DNA of 58,314 nt from Candidatus Micrarchaeota archaeon (GCA_040754495.1 JBFMCO010000014.1:1-58314), one strand, 5' to 3'. Counted from the first letter of the stretch, positions 36,698 to 46,457 are shown. The notes: generated by a model from the sequence alone, not told the origin. Translations and numbers: made by a program.

Positions 36698-38076
36698 AGC
36701 AGCCTGCTGAAGGCGGCCTCTATTTTCGCCCTTTCTCTGTCTGCAAAATCAAGGCTCTCGTGCCTGAATTTGGCCTTCAGGCGAGGGCGCGAGAGCGATT
36801 TGAGCGCGGCCCAGTTCTCCTCTCCTATTTTCATGCCGAGCAGCTTTGATGCTTCCCCCGCCTTGATAGCCGATATCGTCCTGCCGTCCTTTTCGCAGTG
36901 CTTTACAAGCCTGCCTGCCATCTCGTGGGCTTCCCGGAAAGGCATGCCGTGCATCGCAAGGTAATCGGCGATTTCGGTCGCCTGCGCGAAACCCCCGTCC
37001 AGTTCCTCCTCTATCCTCTTCCTGTCGAATTTCAGGCCCCGGACCACCATGGCCATCGCGTCCAGGCAGGCCTCGGCCGTGTCAAGGCCGCCCATCATTG
37101 CCGCTTTCGTCTCCTGCATATCGGAGTTGTAGCCGCTCATCAGGCCCTTGAGGGCGGTGAGGCAGTGGTTAAGGTTGCCGTACACCCTCCCGGTCCTCCC
37201 CCGCACCAGCTCGAGCACATCCGGGTTCTTCTTGTTCGGCATGATGCTGCTCCCTGTGGTGTGCTCCTCGGCAATCCCGACCAGGCCCTTCTGGGAGAGC
37301 CATATGAGCTCCTCGCTGAGCCTCGAGAGCTTGCACATAAGCAGCGAGAGGGCGGCAAGGAGCTCGGTTTCGCATTCGCCCCTGCTATTTATCGTGTCGA
37401 AGGCGTTCTCCTGCACGGCAGGGAATGCAAGAAGCGCCGCGGTCTCTTTCCGGTCTATCTTCCAAGCCGTGCCAGCGACGGCGCACGCCCCGAGCGGGCT
37501 CTGGTTTATCCTTTTATAAGCATCCTGCAGGCGTTCGATGTCCCGCGATAAGGAGTCATGCCATCCCTGGCACCAGAAAGAGACGGTTATCGGCTGGGCT
37601 ACCCGGGTGTGCGTATAAGCCGCCATCGGGCCGTCGTTTTTGGCAAGGCCCGCAAACGCCTCCCGCAGCGATTCCACCTCCTCTATGACATCGAGCGTCC
37701 GGTCCCGCATGAACAATCTCATGTCCAGCAGGACCTGGTCGTTCCTGGAGCGGGCGGTGTGCAGCTTCTTCCCGGCCCCGGTCATGCGGGTGACCGCGCT
37801 CTCCACGTTCATGTGCACGTCCTCGAGCCTGGGTTCGAGGCCGAAGCGTCCCTCCTTCCAGTAGCCGTACAGTCTCTTTAGCGCCGTGGCGATGGATTCG
37901 TAATCCGCGGTCGGGATTATCTCCTGCGAATAGAGCATGCGCGCGTGCGCCAGGCTGCCGAGGATGTCGTACGGTATGAGCCTCTCGTCGAGCGCTATGT
38001 TCTCGGCGCTGTTGAACAGAACGGCCTTCTCCGACGGCCCCTTCCCGAAGCGTCCGCCCCAGAGCATCTTCTTCAT
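36694..38076 (-). CDS. argH: Argininosuccinate lyase
   Basis: LWGGRF, EDVH..VE, HTARSRNDQ, TGSSIMPNKKNPD. Confidence 0.95.
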   Translation of the reverse strand: MKKMLWGGRFGKGPSEKAVLFNSAENIALDERLIPYDILGSLAHARMLYSQEIIPTADYESIATALKRLYGYWKEGRFGLEPRLEDVHMNVESAVTRMTGAGKKLHTARSRNDQVLLDMRLFMRDRTLDVIEEVESLREAFAGLAKNDGPMAAYTHTRVAQPITVSFWCQGWHDSLSRDIERLQDAYKRINQSPLGACAVAGTAWKIDRKETAALLAFPAVQENAFDTINSRGECETELLAALSLLMCKLSRLSEELIWLSQKGLVGIAEEHTTGSSIMPNKKNPDVLELVRGRTGRVYGNLNHCLTALKGLMSGYNSDMQETKAAMMGGLDTAEACLDAMAMVVRGLKFDRKRIEEELDGGFAQATEIADYLAMHGMPFREAHEMAGRLVKHCEKDGRTISAIKAGEASKLLGMKIGEENWAALKSLSRPRLKAKFRHESLDFADRERAKIEAAFSRLL

Positions 38077-38106
38077 GCTTACACCTGACCGCCAAGGCTT
38101 ATGAGG

Positions 38107-38166
38107 TTTTCAGTTTCCGGTTTCCTGTCTTGGGCGCTGGACCCGAAACCGGGAACCGGAAACCGC
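38107..38166. repeat. Intergenic heptamer (GGTTTCC/GGAAACC) inverted-repeat hairpin
   Basis: GGTTTTCAGTTTCCGGTTTCC ... GAAACCGGGAACCGGAAACC between argG and argH. Confidence 0.75.
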
Positions 38167-38178
38167 AGTCGCCGCCCG

Positions 38179-39411
38179 TCACGGCTTTTTTTTCCTGTGC
38201 ATGATGGCATGGTGGGCCATGAGCCGGATGGCGTTTATCTTGATGAACCCGACCGAGTCGGTCTGGTTGAACCCGCCCTCTATGTTCATGCTCGAGAGCT
38301 CCTTGTCGTAGAGCGAGCTGGGGGATTCCCTGCCCTTTATCGTGATGTTGCCCTTGTACAGGGACAGCCGGACTACGCCGTCTATGACCTCCTGGCTCTT
38401 GTTTATCGCGGCCATGAGGAAATCCATCTCAGGGCTGAACCAGAAGCCGTTGTAGACGAGCTCCGAGAACTTGGGCTCCAGCATGTCGCGCAGGCTCATC
38501 ACCTCGCGGTCCATGGCGACGGCTTCTATGTCCATGTGCGCAGCGCGCAGGATTGTGGCCGCGGGCGTCTCATATACGCCGCGCGACTTGATGCCGACGA
38601 AACGGTTCTCCACGATGTCTATCCTGCCGATGCCGTTTTGCGCCCCGAGCTCGTTCAGGTACACGAACAGCTCGAGCGCGTCCGTCTTCACAGTCCCGTC
38701 GTCCTTGTTCAGGACCTTGACCGGGATGCCGTCCTTGAAATGGACCTCTATGTCCGTCTCTTTGTCAGGCGCATCCTTTGGCGACTTGGTCCATTCGTAT
38801 ATGTCGTCCGGCGGAGCAGCGGCCGGGTCCTCGAGTATGCCCGATTCATAAGAGATGTGCATCAGGTTCGCGTCCGTGCTGTACGGCTTCTCGTGCGTGG
38901 CCTTGATGGGTATCCCCTTCTCCTTCGCGTAGTTTATCAGGTCCGTCCTGCCCCTGAACCTGGAGAGGAACTCCGGGTCCTTCCACGGGGAGATGACATT
39001 TATCCTCGGGTTAAGCGCGTAATACGTGAGCTCGAAGCGCACCTGGTCGTTCCCCTTGCCGGTCGCGCCGTGGGAAACGTACTCCGCTTTCTCCATCTCC
39101 GCTATCTCCATCTGCCTCTTCGCGATGATGGGCCTCGCAAGGGACGTGCCGAGCAGGTACCTGCCCTCGTATATGGCGTTCGCCTTTATTGCCGGGAAGA
39201 TGAAGTCCGTCACGAACTCCCTTTTCAGGTCCTCGACATAGACTTTTGATGCGCCCACCTTGAGCGCCTTCTCCTTCGCGGCCTTGAAATCCTCCTGCTG
39301 CCCGACGTCGGCGATGTAAGCCACGACGTCGTAGCCCTTCTCGACAAGCCACTTCAAAATGCACGACGTGTCAAGCCCTCCAGAGTACGCCAGTACGACC
39401 TTGCCTTTCAT
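38179..39411 (-). CDS. argG: Argininosuccinate synthase
   Basis: [45 protein letters not shown]; true start MKGKVV. Confidence 0.97.
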   Translation of the reverse strand: MKGKVVLAYSGGLDTSCILKWLVEKGYDVVAYIADVGQQEDFKAAKEKALKVGASKVYVEDLKREFVTDFIFPAIKANAIYEGRYLLGTSLARPIIAKRQMEIAEMEKAEYVSHGATGKGNDQVRFELTYYALNPRINVISPWKDPEFLSRFRGRTDLINYAKEKGIPIKATHEKPYSTDANLMHISYESGILEDPAAAPPDDIYEWTKSPKDAPDKETDIEVHFKDGIPVKVLNKDDGTVKTDALELFVYLNELGAQNGIGRIDIVENRFVGIKSRGVYETPAATILRAAHMDIEAVAMDREVMSLRDMLEPKFSELVYNGFWFSPEMDFLMAAINKSQEVIDGVVRLSLYKGNITIKGRESPSSLYDKELSSMNIEGGFNQTDSVGFIKINAIRLMAHHAIMHRKKKP

Positions 39412-39995
39412 GTGCCCAATCCTCCGTTCCGTAATATTGTTTCCGGCATGGCGGCGACAAGCGGCACCAGCCTGGCAACCTCTTCCGGGGGCAGGTTGTT
39501 CCAGAACACGAGCCATTTTCCGCTCTCTACGGAGCCGTCGCTCCTGTACCATCCCTTGTGCTCGTTCACGAGGGATGTCCGCCATATCAAGGAATCATAA
39601 GCGTCTTTAATGCATTCCCAGAGCGCCTTCCCGACTCCCGTTCCCTGGGCATGGGGGGCCACCGCGAGCTTGTCCAGGTACGGGGCGCCGCCGACCCTCT
39701 TCACGACCGCTATGCCATCATAGTGGCCTGCGAGCATGACCAACTCGGCATGCGTCTCGAAATAGCCCTGCGCAAGGGGCTTTGCGAAGCTCGACTCTAT
39801 GAGTTCCCGGGCCCGGCCCGTATCTATAGCCCCGAAGCCGCGGCTGATGGCAATCGGGCATTTTTTCAGGATGCCCTCCGCGAGCGGAGCCGCCTGCATC
39901 GCCCCAACGGCCATCCTGCGCTCGTCCGCCCGCGCGATAGCCGCCCTTTCCAGCACGACCATCAGCCTTCCCTCCATAGCGGCGCGGTGCAGCAT
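39408..39995 (-). CDS. Stand-alone DUF619-type N-acetyltransferase domain (NAGS NAT-like)
   Basis: YLDKLAV...AQG.GVG..LW, L.WR....N....WY, W.VFW. Confidence 0.7.
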   Translation of the reverse strand: MLHRAAMEGRLMVVLERAAIARADERRMAVGAMQAAPLAEGILKKCPIAISRGFGAIDTGRARELIESSFAKPLAQGYFETHAELVMLAGHYDGIAVVKRVGGAPYLDKLAVAPHAQGTGVGKALWECIKDAYDSLIWRTSLVNEHKGWYRSDGSVESGKWLVFWNNLPPEEVARLVPLVAAMPETILRNGGLGT

Positions 39996-40900
39996 CTCGG
40001 CGCGCCCTCTCCGGTGAGTATCCCCTCGAACGGGATGTCAATGACCTTGAAGCCGATTTTGCGGAGCTGCTCGTTCACGGCACGGGCCGATGTCGTCGAT
40101 ATCACGGTCTCGGGGTTCACGAAGAACAGGTTGGTCCAGCCGCCCAGGTGCTCCTTCTCCGGGACGCCGATGACATTGCGGACATGCAGCCGCTTCTTCA
40201 GGGCCCCTATCTGCCCCTGGTCCGCGTAGAGGTCGTGGCAGACCACCATAGTGCGCATCTTCCCCCGCCCGCCGACCGTCGTGGCATAATCGAGGTGCAG
40301 CGTGCCTGCACGGAGAGGCACCGGTATCACCTCCCGGCCGCTGAGTGCCTGCCGGAGCGTCTCGACCGCCGGCATGTTGGTCCGGTCCCCGAGGCCGACA
40401 AGCACAGCGTCCGGGAATACGAGCACGTCTCCGAATTCCAGAACGTCGTTTCCCTTCCATGGCGCCTTCGCCCCGCATATGAGCGACACCTCTCGCGAGC
40501 GCACCGGATACTTGAACTTGGCCGCGAACGCATTGTCGCCTATCACGCCTAGCGAATCCCGCTGGTAAACCCCTTCCGGCAGGTCCGGCCGGGGCATGAC
40601 ATAAACCACCTGCGCGCCCTCGTTCTGCAGCGCTTCCACGAGCATCCCGTGCTCCTTCTTCACCTGCTCCTGCGACGGCGGAAGGTTGGACCGCTGCACG
40701 TCGTTTATGGCGCTCTCATTGGTCCATGCGAGGTAATCCGGCGGATGGACCAGGACTGCCTTGAGTTCACCGTCCTCCGAGTCGCACTTGACCTTCCGGC
40801 CGATGAGGTTTATGCCTTCTACCTGAAGCTTCGCGCCTCTCCCGAAAGGCTTAACGCACTCCCGCTCGTGGGGCTTTGCAGATACGGCCTGGCCCGGCAT
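39962..40900 (-). CDS. Arginine deiminase/amidinotransferase (pentein) family protein; start uncertain
   Basis: SE.GELK.VLVH, EH..LV..L, YQRD, EFGDV, LHLD, C-terminal G.PRCCT.PL.R. Confidence 0.8.
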   Translation of the reverse strand: MPGQAVSAKPHERECVKPFGRGAKLQVEGINLIGRKVKCDSEDGELKAVLVHPPDYLAWTNESAINDVQRSNLPPSQEQVKKEHGMLVEALQNEGAQVVYVMPRPDLPEGVYQRDSLGVIGDNAFAAKFKYPVRSREVSLICGAKAPWKGNDVLEFGDVLVFPDAVLVGLGDRTNMPAVETLRQALSGREVIPVPLRAGTLHLDYATTVGGRGKMRTMVVCHDLYADQGQIGALKKRLHVRNVIGVPEKEHLGGWTNLFFVNPETVISTTSARAVNEQLRKIGFKVIDIPFEGILTGEGAPRCCTAPLWREG

Positions 40901-40904
40901 GCTT

Positions 40905-41501
40905 TCACCTGGTCAGGGTCGCAGCCCTTCCGCGGGCCGGCCTTTCCTTCCTGGTCGGGCCCTTCAGGCAGCCGTCGTTCTCGGACGCCATCAGCGAATA
41001 TATCCGCGCATCCGCCTTTTTCAGCAGCGTCGCAGCCGCCATCTGCGTCTCTTCCCTGTTCTTTCCGTGCGCGGTCTCGAGGACATGCCTGAGGTGCACC
41101 TTGATGGACTCCAGGTGCATGGTCGCCTTGCACGACTTTATCAAGCCGCAAAGGTTGGTATAGGAGTATGAGCGCACGAAGCGGCTCTCGTCCTTGAGGG
41201 CTTCGGTCAGGGCCGGGACTGCCTTGTGGTCCTTCGTCTTCCCGAGGGCTATCGCGGCAGGGCACTTGACCACCACCTCATCGTGCATAAGCGCATCGGA
41301 CAAGGCCCCGATGGCCTCCGGCGCCCCGATTTTGCCAAGCGCCTTGGCCGCCGAGGCCCGGACGTACGGGACAGGGTGCTTCAGCGCCTGGAGCAGGGGC
41401 TGGACTGCCTCCTTTCCCGCGGAAGCAACGGCCAGGATGGCTTCCTTGCGAACGAGCGCATCCTCGCTCTCGAATGAGGAAATATGATATTGGACCTGCA
41501 T
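40905..41501 (-). CDS. HEAT/PBS-lyase repeat protein
   Basis: Repeated VR..AA.ALGKIG...A...L. Confidence 0.8.
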   Translation of the reverse strand: MQVQYHISSFESEDALVRKEAILAVASAGKEAVQPLLQALKHPVPYVRASAAKALGKIGAPEAIGALSDALMHDEVVVKCPAAIALGKTKDHKAVPALTEALKDESRFVRSYSYTNLCGLIKSCKATMHLESIKVHLRHVLETAHGKNREETQMAAATLLKKADARIYSLMASENDGCLKGPTRKERPARGRAATLTR

Positions 41502-41608
41502 GTTATCGCACGACTAGCTGCGGAATACGCTTATAAAGTTTCCGTAAAATATGTTACAAATATGAATATCGACGTTACAAATGGAACAAATTAAGCAAGG
41601 TGCGGCAT

Positions 41609-42205
41609 ATGGAAAGCACGTCCCAGCTCGTCTGGCTGTATGTGAAGCAGAGGCCCTTCCTCAAGGAGGTCCTCAGGCAGGGCGTCGTCAATTATTCGGC
41701 CCTCGCGAGGAAGATATCCATCGAGGCCTTCGGAAGCGCGAGGAAGCAGAACGCGGTCAAGATGTCCCTCATCCGGCTCAGCGCACGGATGAGCGAGGTG
41801 GAATCGGACCTGGAAGGGAAGATACTGTCCGTGCTCAGGAAAAGCTCCATGGTCCTCAAAAGCAAGGTCGCGGTCGTGATAGCGAAAAGGGAGCTGGAGG
41901 GCCTGCATCCCCTCTCGCAGGTGAAATCCGGGCGCCACCTGACGTATATCCTCGAGCAGCGAGAGCTGGAGCGGATATCACGCAAGCTCATATGGAAGTG
42001 CGAGGAGAACCTCAACCTGATAACCATAGAGAGCCCGGAGGACGTGGAGGAAGTCCCCGGCGTCATCTCCCACCTGCTTGGCGCCCTTGCCGGGGAAGGC
42101 GTGAACGTGGTGGAGTTCATCTCGTGCTACACGGACACGCTCCTTGTCGTGCGGGCCGCAGACACCGAGAAGACATATCGCGTCCTCTCGGGCATAATGG
42201 GCTAG
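41609..42205 (+). CDS. ACT-domain regulatory protein (archaeal type)
   Basis: VNYSALAR N-terminus; C-terminal ACT PGV...L...LA..G.NVVE..SCYTD. Confidence 0.8.
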   Translation: MESTSQLVWLYVKQRPFLKEVLRQGVVNYSALARKISIEAFGSARKQNAVKMSLIRLSARMSEVESDLEGKILSVLRKSSMVLKSKVAVVIAKRELEGLHPLSQVKSGRHLTYILEQRELERISRKLIWKCEENLNLITIESPEDVEEVPGVISHLLGALAGEGVNVVEFISCYTDTLLVVRAADTEKTYRVLSGIMG

Positions 42206-42234
42206 CGGGCAGCAGGCCCTTCAGTTTTTTTGCA

Positions 42235-43920
42235 TCAGGGACTGAAGGATATCTCGTAGTCGAGCGTCTTGACGCTGTCCCCCTCGATGACTCTCAGGGT
42301 GAGGTATAGCGTGGCCGAGCTGCCGAGGTCGTCCACGTAGTAGAACACGAGGTCCTGGTCCTCCGCTGCATCCGGGTATATGGTGCCGAGGTCGCCCGTG
42401 TAATACATGGATGCGTCGTACTGCTTCCCGCCGCTGACAAGGACCGCTTCCTTTATCTCGACCTCCTTTTTCTTGGAGCCGGTGTTCTTCACCTCTATCG
42501 CCAGCGTGTAATCGTCATAGTACGAGCTTGAGATGCCGCCCTCGACCAGCGTGACCTGCACGCCGCCGTTCGTCTGGCTCTTCCCTATCGGCTCGAGGTC
42601 AGGGCCGTAATCGTAGTCGTAGCCGGAGCCCGAGTAGGCCTCTATCAGCGATGTCGGCAGGTATACCTTCTTGGTGCGGTTCATCCTCGTGCCGTTCGAT
42701 TCGAGCTCGATGACGACATCCGCATAATCGCTGTTCTCGGACTTGTTCATATCGCTGAAATAGATGTCCGTCGTGAAGGCGCTCTTGCCGTAGAAAGGAT
42801 ACCCCTCGACCTGCTCGAAATCGTTCTTGATAAAGTCCAGCTTGCCGGAGTACATAATCTTGCCGGCATCGTCCCTTATGGTTATGTTCCCCTTCCCGTC
42901 CGCCACGGTCACGTCCCCGTTCTTGTCGACCAGGGTGAATGAGACCTCGTACCAGTCCCCCTCATCTGAATAGTAGTCGTACTGCTCATAGACGTCGAGC
43001 GCGCCTATCGCCGCCGGCGGAAGCTGGCTCGGGGCGGTCTTCGCGCCGCCTGCGCCGGCGAACGGGGAGCCGGAAAAGCCGTCCTTCATGGCGGTGAAAT
43101 CCGTGGCGGCTATGGCGAAATTCAAGCCCTCGACGCCGTACCCGGCGTATTTCCACGTGTTTATCCCGACGAGCCTGCCGTCCTTGCCGAACATGCCTCC
43201 GCCGCTGTTGCCTTCGTTCACAGCCGCATCCGTCTGGATGGCCGTGTACTTCTCGCCGAGGGCGCTCTCGGTCTCGAATTCCCTAATCCCCGAGACGATG
43301 CCCTTCGAGACGCTCCACTCGAGCTGCTCCGGCATCCCTATGATATAGACGTCCTCCCCGGTGCCAGGCACCGCGGCAGCAATCTGCGCGCTCTCAAGCT
43401 CCTCCGCACCCTTGGTGAACGTGACTATCGCCAGGTCTATCCCGCCGGGGGCATAGAGCCTCTCGTCCGCGAAATAAGTCGCGTTGCCATATGTCCTTAT
43501 CATGACCTGCTCGTTCTTCACGTCGTAATAGCCGTCCGGATAATTAAGGTCCACGACATGCCTGTTCGTGAGGACATATGCCTTGTCGCCCTGTATGTCG
43601 TAGATGACGCCCGACCCGATGAGGCTGAAGCCATCATCGTAGCTGTATCCGTACCAGTCGTAGTAGTCCTCGCTCTCGCCGCTGTAATTGAGATGCACCA
43701 CGCTCATCTTCATATTCTCGATGAGCGACGTCACATCCGCCTGCCCGGCCTTCACGGCGGATTGCCCGGTTGCGTTCCCGGGAGACGGCAATCCCCTCGT
43801 GAGATTGCTCATATTCTTGCCGGCAAGCTCCTTCCCCGCGACTGAAGCTATGTCCATGCAGCCCGCGCTGAAGATGGCCAGAACCAGGAACGCTGCCCAT
43901 ATCCCCCTCATAAGCACCAC
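42235..43920 (-). CDS. Trypsin-like (S1C) serine protease lipoprotein with acidic Ig-like C-terminal domains
   Basis: Lipobox SAGC; LTNRHVV, DLAI, QTDAAVNEGNSGG. Confidence 0.9.
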   Translation of the reverse strand: MVLMRGIWAAFLVLAIFSAGCMDIASVAGKELAGKNMSNLTRGLPSPGNATGQSAVKAGQADVTSLIENMKMSVVHLNYSGESEDYYDWYGYSYDDGFSLIGSGVIYDIQGDKAYVLTNRHVVDLNYPDGYYDVKNEQVMIRTYGNATYFADERLYAPGGIDLAIVTFTKGAEELESAQIAAAVPGTGEDVYIIGMPEQLEWSVSKGIVSGIREFETESALGEKYTAIQTDAAVNEGNSGGGMFGKDGRLVGINTWKYAGYGVEGLNFAIAATDFTAMKDGFSGSPFAGAGGAKTAPSQLPPAAIGALDVYEQYDYYSDEGDWYEVSFTLVDKNGDVTVADGKGNITIRDDAGKIMYSGKLDFIKNDFEQVEGYPFYGKSAFTTDIYFSDMNKSENSDYADVVIELESNGTRMNRTKKVYLPTSLIEAYSGSGYDYDYGPDLEPIGKSQTNGGVQVTLVEGGISSSYYDDYTLAIEVKNTGSKKKEVEIKEAVLVSGGKQYDASMYYTGDLGTIYPDAAEDQDLVFYYVDDLGSSATLYLTLRVIEGDSVKTLDYEISFSP

Positions 43921-44095
43921 AAAAGAACTTATAGAGAAACATTTGGTACGAAATCCTTATAAAATGGGATTCGGACGGCCTGCGCGAGGGCCGCTTGGCT
44001 GTGAGAAGCCGCCACGTGAACTCCTGGTCTGGTTGTCAATCCGAAGGATTGGCAAACGATTAGTTTTTTGGCCCCTTTTTTTCTAAAAAAGGGGA

Positions 44096-44254
44096 CGGGC
44101 CAGGTGAGATTTGAACTCACGACCTTCACCTTCCGCCTTTTAGGAAAAGGCGGCCAAAACGGCCTCTCCATTTCCCGAAATTAGGACGGTGCCGCTCAAG
44201 ACTCAGGGAAGCAGAACTGCTTGCCCCAATCTATCCAAGCTGAGCTACAGGCCC
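44096..44254 (-). tRNA. tRNA-Arg(CCT) with introns at 22/23 (44197-44230) and 37/38 (44132-44181)
   Basis: GGGCCTG/CTGGCCC, GCTC/GAGC, A20, GTGAG-TTCAAAT-CTCAC; good BHB at 22/23; U6-U67, G27-A43 and G32 are atypical. Confidence 0.75.
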
Positions 44255-44308
44255 ATGGCCAATCATTGCTGGCATGAATTTAAAAACCGTTTTCAGCATC
44301 TTCCAGCC

Positions 44309-45070
44309 ATGATTCTGCCGCTATCCGAGCTCATCAGCCGTGGCGTCGAACAGACGCTCGAGGACCGGGTGGCGGTCTCGTTCTCGGGCGGCCTTGATTC
44401 CACTGTCATAGCATCAATCGCGCGCAGGCATGCGCAGGTCGAGCTTTTCACAGCCGGCGTTGAAGGCAGCGAGGACCTGGAATACGCAGGCAAGGCTGCA
44501 GCGGCCCTCGGCCTTCCCCTCCACCGCATCATCATAGACGAGCAGAAGGCCATGGAGGCGTACGCCAGGTGCCACTCGATGCTCCCCCTTGATTTCCTCA
44601 AGCTCGAAATCCTGGTCCCGGTCTATTTCGTGGCCGAGGCGGCCGCCGCGAAAGGCCACAGCGTAGTGCTTTTCGGCTCGGCAGCAGAGGAGCTTTTCGC
44701 GGGCTACGAGCGCTATTACGTTTGCCGGGACGAGGGCAAGGACGTCGAGAAGCTCCTGAAGGAGGAGTTCCGCACCCTGCCCCAGCGCGATTTGGCCTGG
44801 GTGAAAAGGGTGTGCCGCTGCTTCTCCATAGACGCACGCTTCCCGTTCTACTCCAAGGATGTCGCAGACATAATGTTCTCGGTGCCGCTCGAGGACCGCA
44901 TGGACGACCGCGTGCTCAAGAAAGGCATACTCCGCGAGGCAGCAAAGGTTCTCGGGGCTCCGGACATCGTGCTCAAGAGGAAGAAAAAGGCCATGCAGTA
45001 CGGCTCCGGCGTCCACAAGATGCTGATTCGCCGCGTGGAAGAGATAAACCGCTCTTACCCGAGCTCATGA
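44309..45070 (+). CDS. Asparagine-synthase-like C-terminal domain protein (no glutaminase domain)
   Basis: VSFSGGLDS, GSAAEELFAGY, RFPF, K.ILR.AA, RKKKAMQYGSG. Confidence 0.85.
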   Translation: MILPLSELISRGVEQTLEDRVAVSFSGGLDSTVIASIARRHAQVELFTAGVEGSEDLEYAGKAAAALGLPLHRIIIDEQKAMEAYARCHSMLPLDFLKLEILVPVYFVAEAAAAKGHSVVLFGSAAEELFAGYERYYVCRDEGKDVEKLLKEEFRTLPQRDLAWVKRVCRCFSIDARFPFYSKDVADIMFSVPLEDRMDDRVLKKGILREAAKVLGAPDIVLKRKKKAMQYGSGVHKMLIRRVEEINRSYPSS

Positions 45071-45904
45071 GCGGCGCATCGCAGCCTCTATCACGTTGCT
45101 TATCAGCATGGCGACGGTCATCGGCCCGACCCCGCCCGGGACCGGGCTGCAGTTCGCTTTCTTTATTACGTTTGGGAAATCCACGTCGCCCACTGTCTTG
45201 TCGCCCACCCGGCTGGTGCCGACGTCTATCACATGCGCGCCTTCCCTGACCATGTCCGCCTTCACGAGGCCCGGCCTGCCCGCCGCGGCGATGAGGATAT
45301 CCGCGTTCCGGGTGTGCTCGGCCAGGTTCCTGGTCCTGGAGTGGCATATCGTGACCGTCGCGTCCCGCTCGAGAAGCATGAAGGCGAGCGGCTTGCCGAC
45401 CACGTTGCCGCGCCCTATCACCGTCGCATTCGCGCCGGCGATTTTCACGCCGTAGAAATCGAGCATCTTGATTATCCCCATCGGAGTTGCCGGCATGAAC
45501 GTTTCGGATATCCCGAGGAACATCCTTCCCATGTTCGTCGAAGTCCAGCCATCGACATCCTTCCGCGGGTCTATCGCCTCGACCACATTCGGGTAATTGA
45601 TGTGCTTCGGAAGGGGCGACTGCACTATGAAGCCGTCTATGGAATCGTCTTTGTTGAGGCCCCCCACCAGCTCAAGGAGCTTATCCTCGCTCGTGTTCTC
45701 GTCCATGGCTTTGAGGCTTGTCATCACCCCGACTGATTCTGCCTTCTCCATCTTCTTGCGCACATATAGCTGCGAGGCCGGGTCGCTGCCGACAAGGACG
45801 ATGGCAAGGTGAGGGGCTCGCTTCATGGTTCTCACTATGTTTTTCGCGTTCTCGAGGATTCCCGCGGCCGGCTCGCGGCCGGACAGTGTCTTATACGCCG
45901 TCAT
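45065..45904 (-). CDS. folD: Bifunctional methylene-THF dehydrogenase/cyclohydrolase
   Basis: P.LA.VLVG.DPAS..YV..K, KDVDG, P.TP.GI, GRG..VGKP, VGDVDF, PVPGGVGPMT. Confidence 0.95.
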   Translation of the reverse strand: MTAYKTLSGREPAAGILENAKNIVRTMKRAPHLAIVLVGSDPASQLYVRKKMEKAESVGVMTSLKAMDENTSEDKLLELVGGLNKDDSIDGFIVQSPLPKHINYPNVVEAIDPRKDVDGWTSTNMGRMFLGISETFMPATPMGIIKMLDFYGVKIAGANATVIGRGNVVGKPLAFMLLERDATVTICHSRTRNLAEHTRNADILIAAAGRPGLVKADMVREGAHVIDVGTSRVGDKTVGDVDFPNVIKKANCSPVPGGVGPMTVAMLISNVIEAAMRRS

Positions 45905-46036
45905 AACGGTCTGGCTCCTGGTGTCCCCAGTTTCCTGAACACTGACCTTCTCGCAGTGAAGGGTTTTAAAAACGTTTATCGGTTTAATAGTCTCGAACAT
46001 ACGACAGCGCCGGCACATGGCGATGGGGTGTGTTTT

Positions 46037-46278
46037 GGGCCTGTAGCTCAGCTCGGTTAGAGCGACGGTCTTATACGACACGTTCTAGCACAGTTGTCTA
46101 TACGACTGAGTGCCTATGAAAGCCGTAGGTCCGGAGTTGCGCTTTTTGGGAAAAAGCGCCCAAAAACGTGTTGATGAAAAACGTTTCGCGTTTTTGGGAA
46201 TTTCCATCTGAAAGGCGCAACGGAATTCAAAAGAGTCGAAGGTCTCGACCTGCGATTCTGCGGCTCTCCGCAGGCCCA
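46037..46278 (+). tRNA. tRNA-Ile(TAT) with three introns: 37/38 (46076-46120), 53/54 (46137-46225), 59/60 (46232-46264)
   Basis: GGGCCTG/CAGGCCC-A73, ACGGT-CTTATAA-GCCGT, CGGAG-TTCAAAT-CTCCG after splicing; BHB-like motifs at each junction. Confidence 0.85.
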
Positions 46279-46457
46279 ATTTTATTTTCCTGGTGTTCAG
46301 TGTCGGGTGTTCGGTGTCCAGTATTTACGTCTGATTTTACTGCTTTCTTACTGCTGCTTTTCCAGCCGATTTTCTTTGAAATAAGATTTGATGGCTTCTG
46401 GGCCTCGGAAAAACTTATATCTTCGGCATTCATACGTATCATTCCTCCATTTTGCAT
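46264..46457 (-). CDS. Integrase N-terminal fragment (intN)
   Basis: GGAGGT RBS, ATG 46457; 58 codons then att read as KIGPAE, same frame as in intC. Confidence 0.65.

Noticed and set aside
46172-46211. Box C/D sRNA inside the tRNA-Ile 53/54 intron (TGATGA...CTGA)
   Set aside because: The homologous tRNA-Arg intron lacks the distal CTGA and no guide target is evident; not supportable without RNA data
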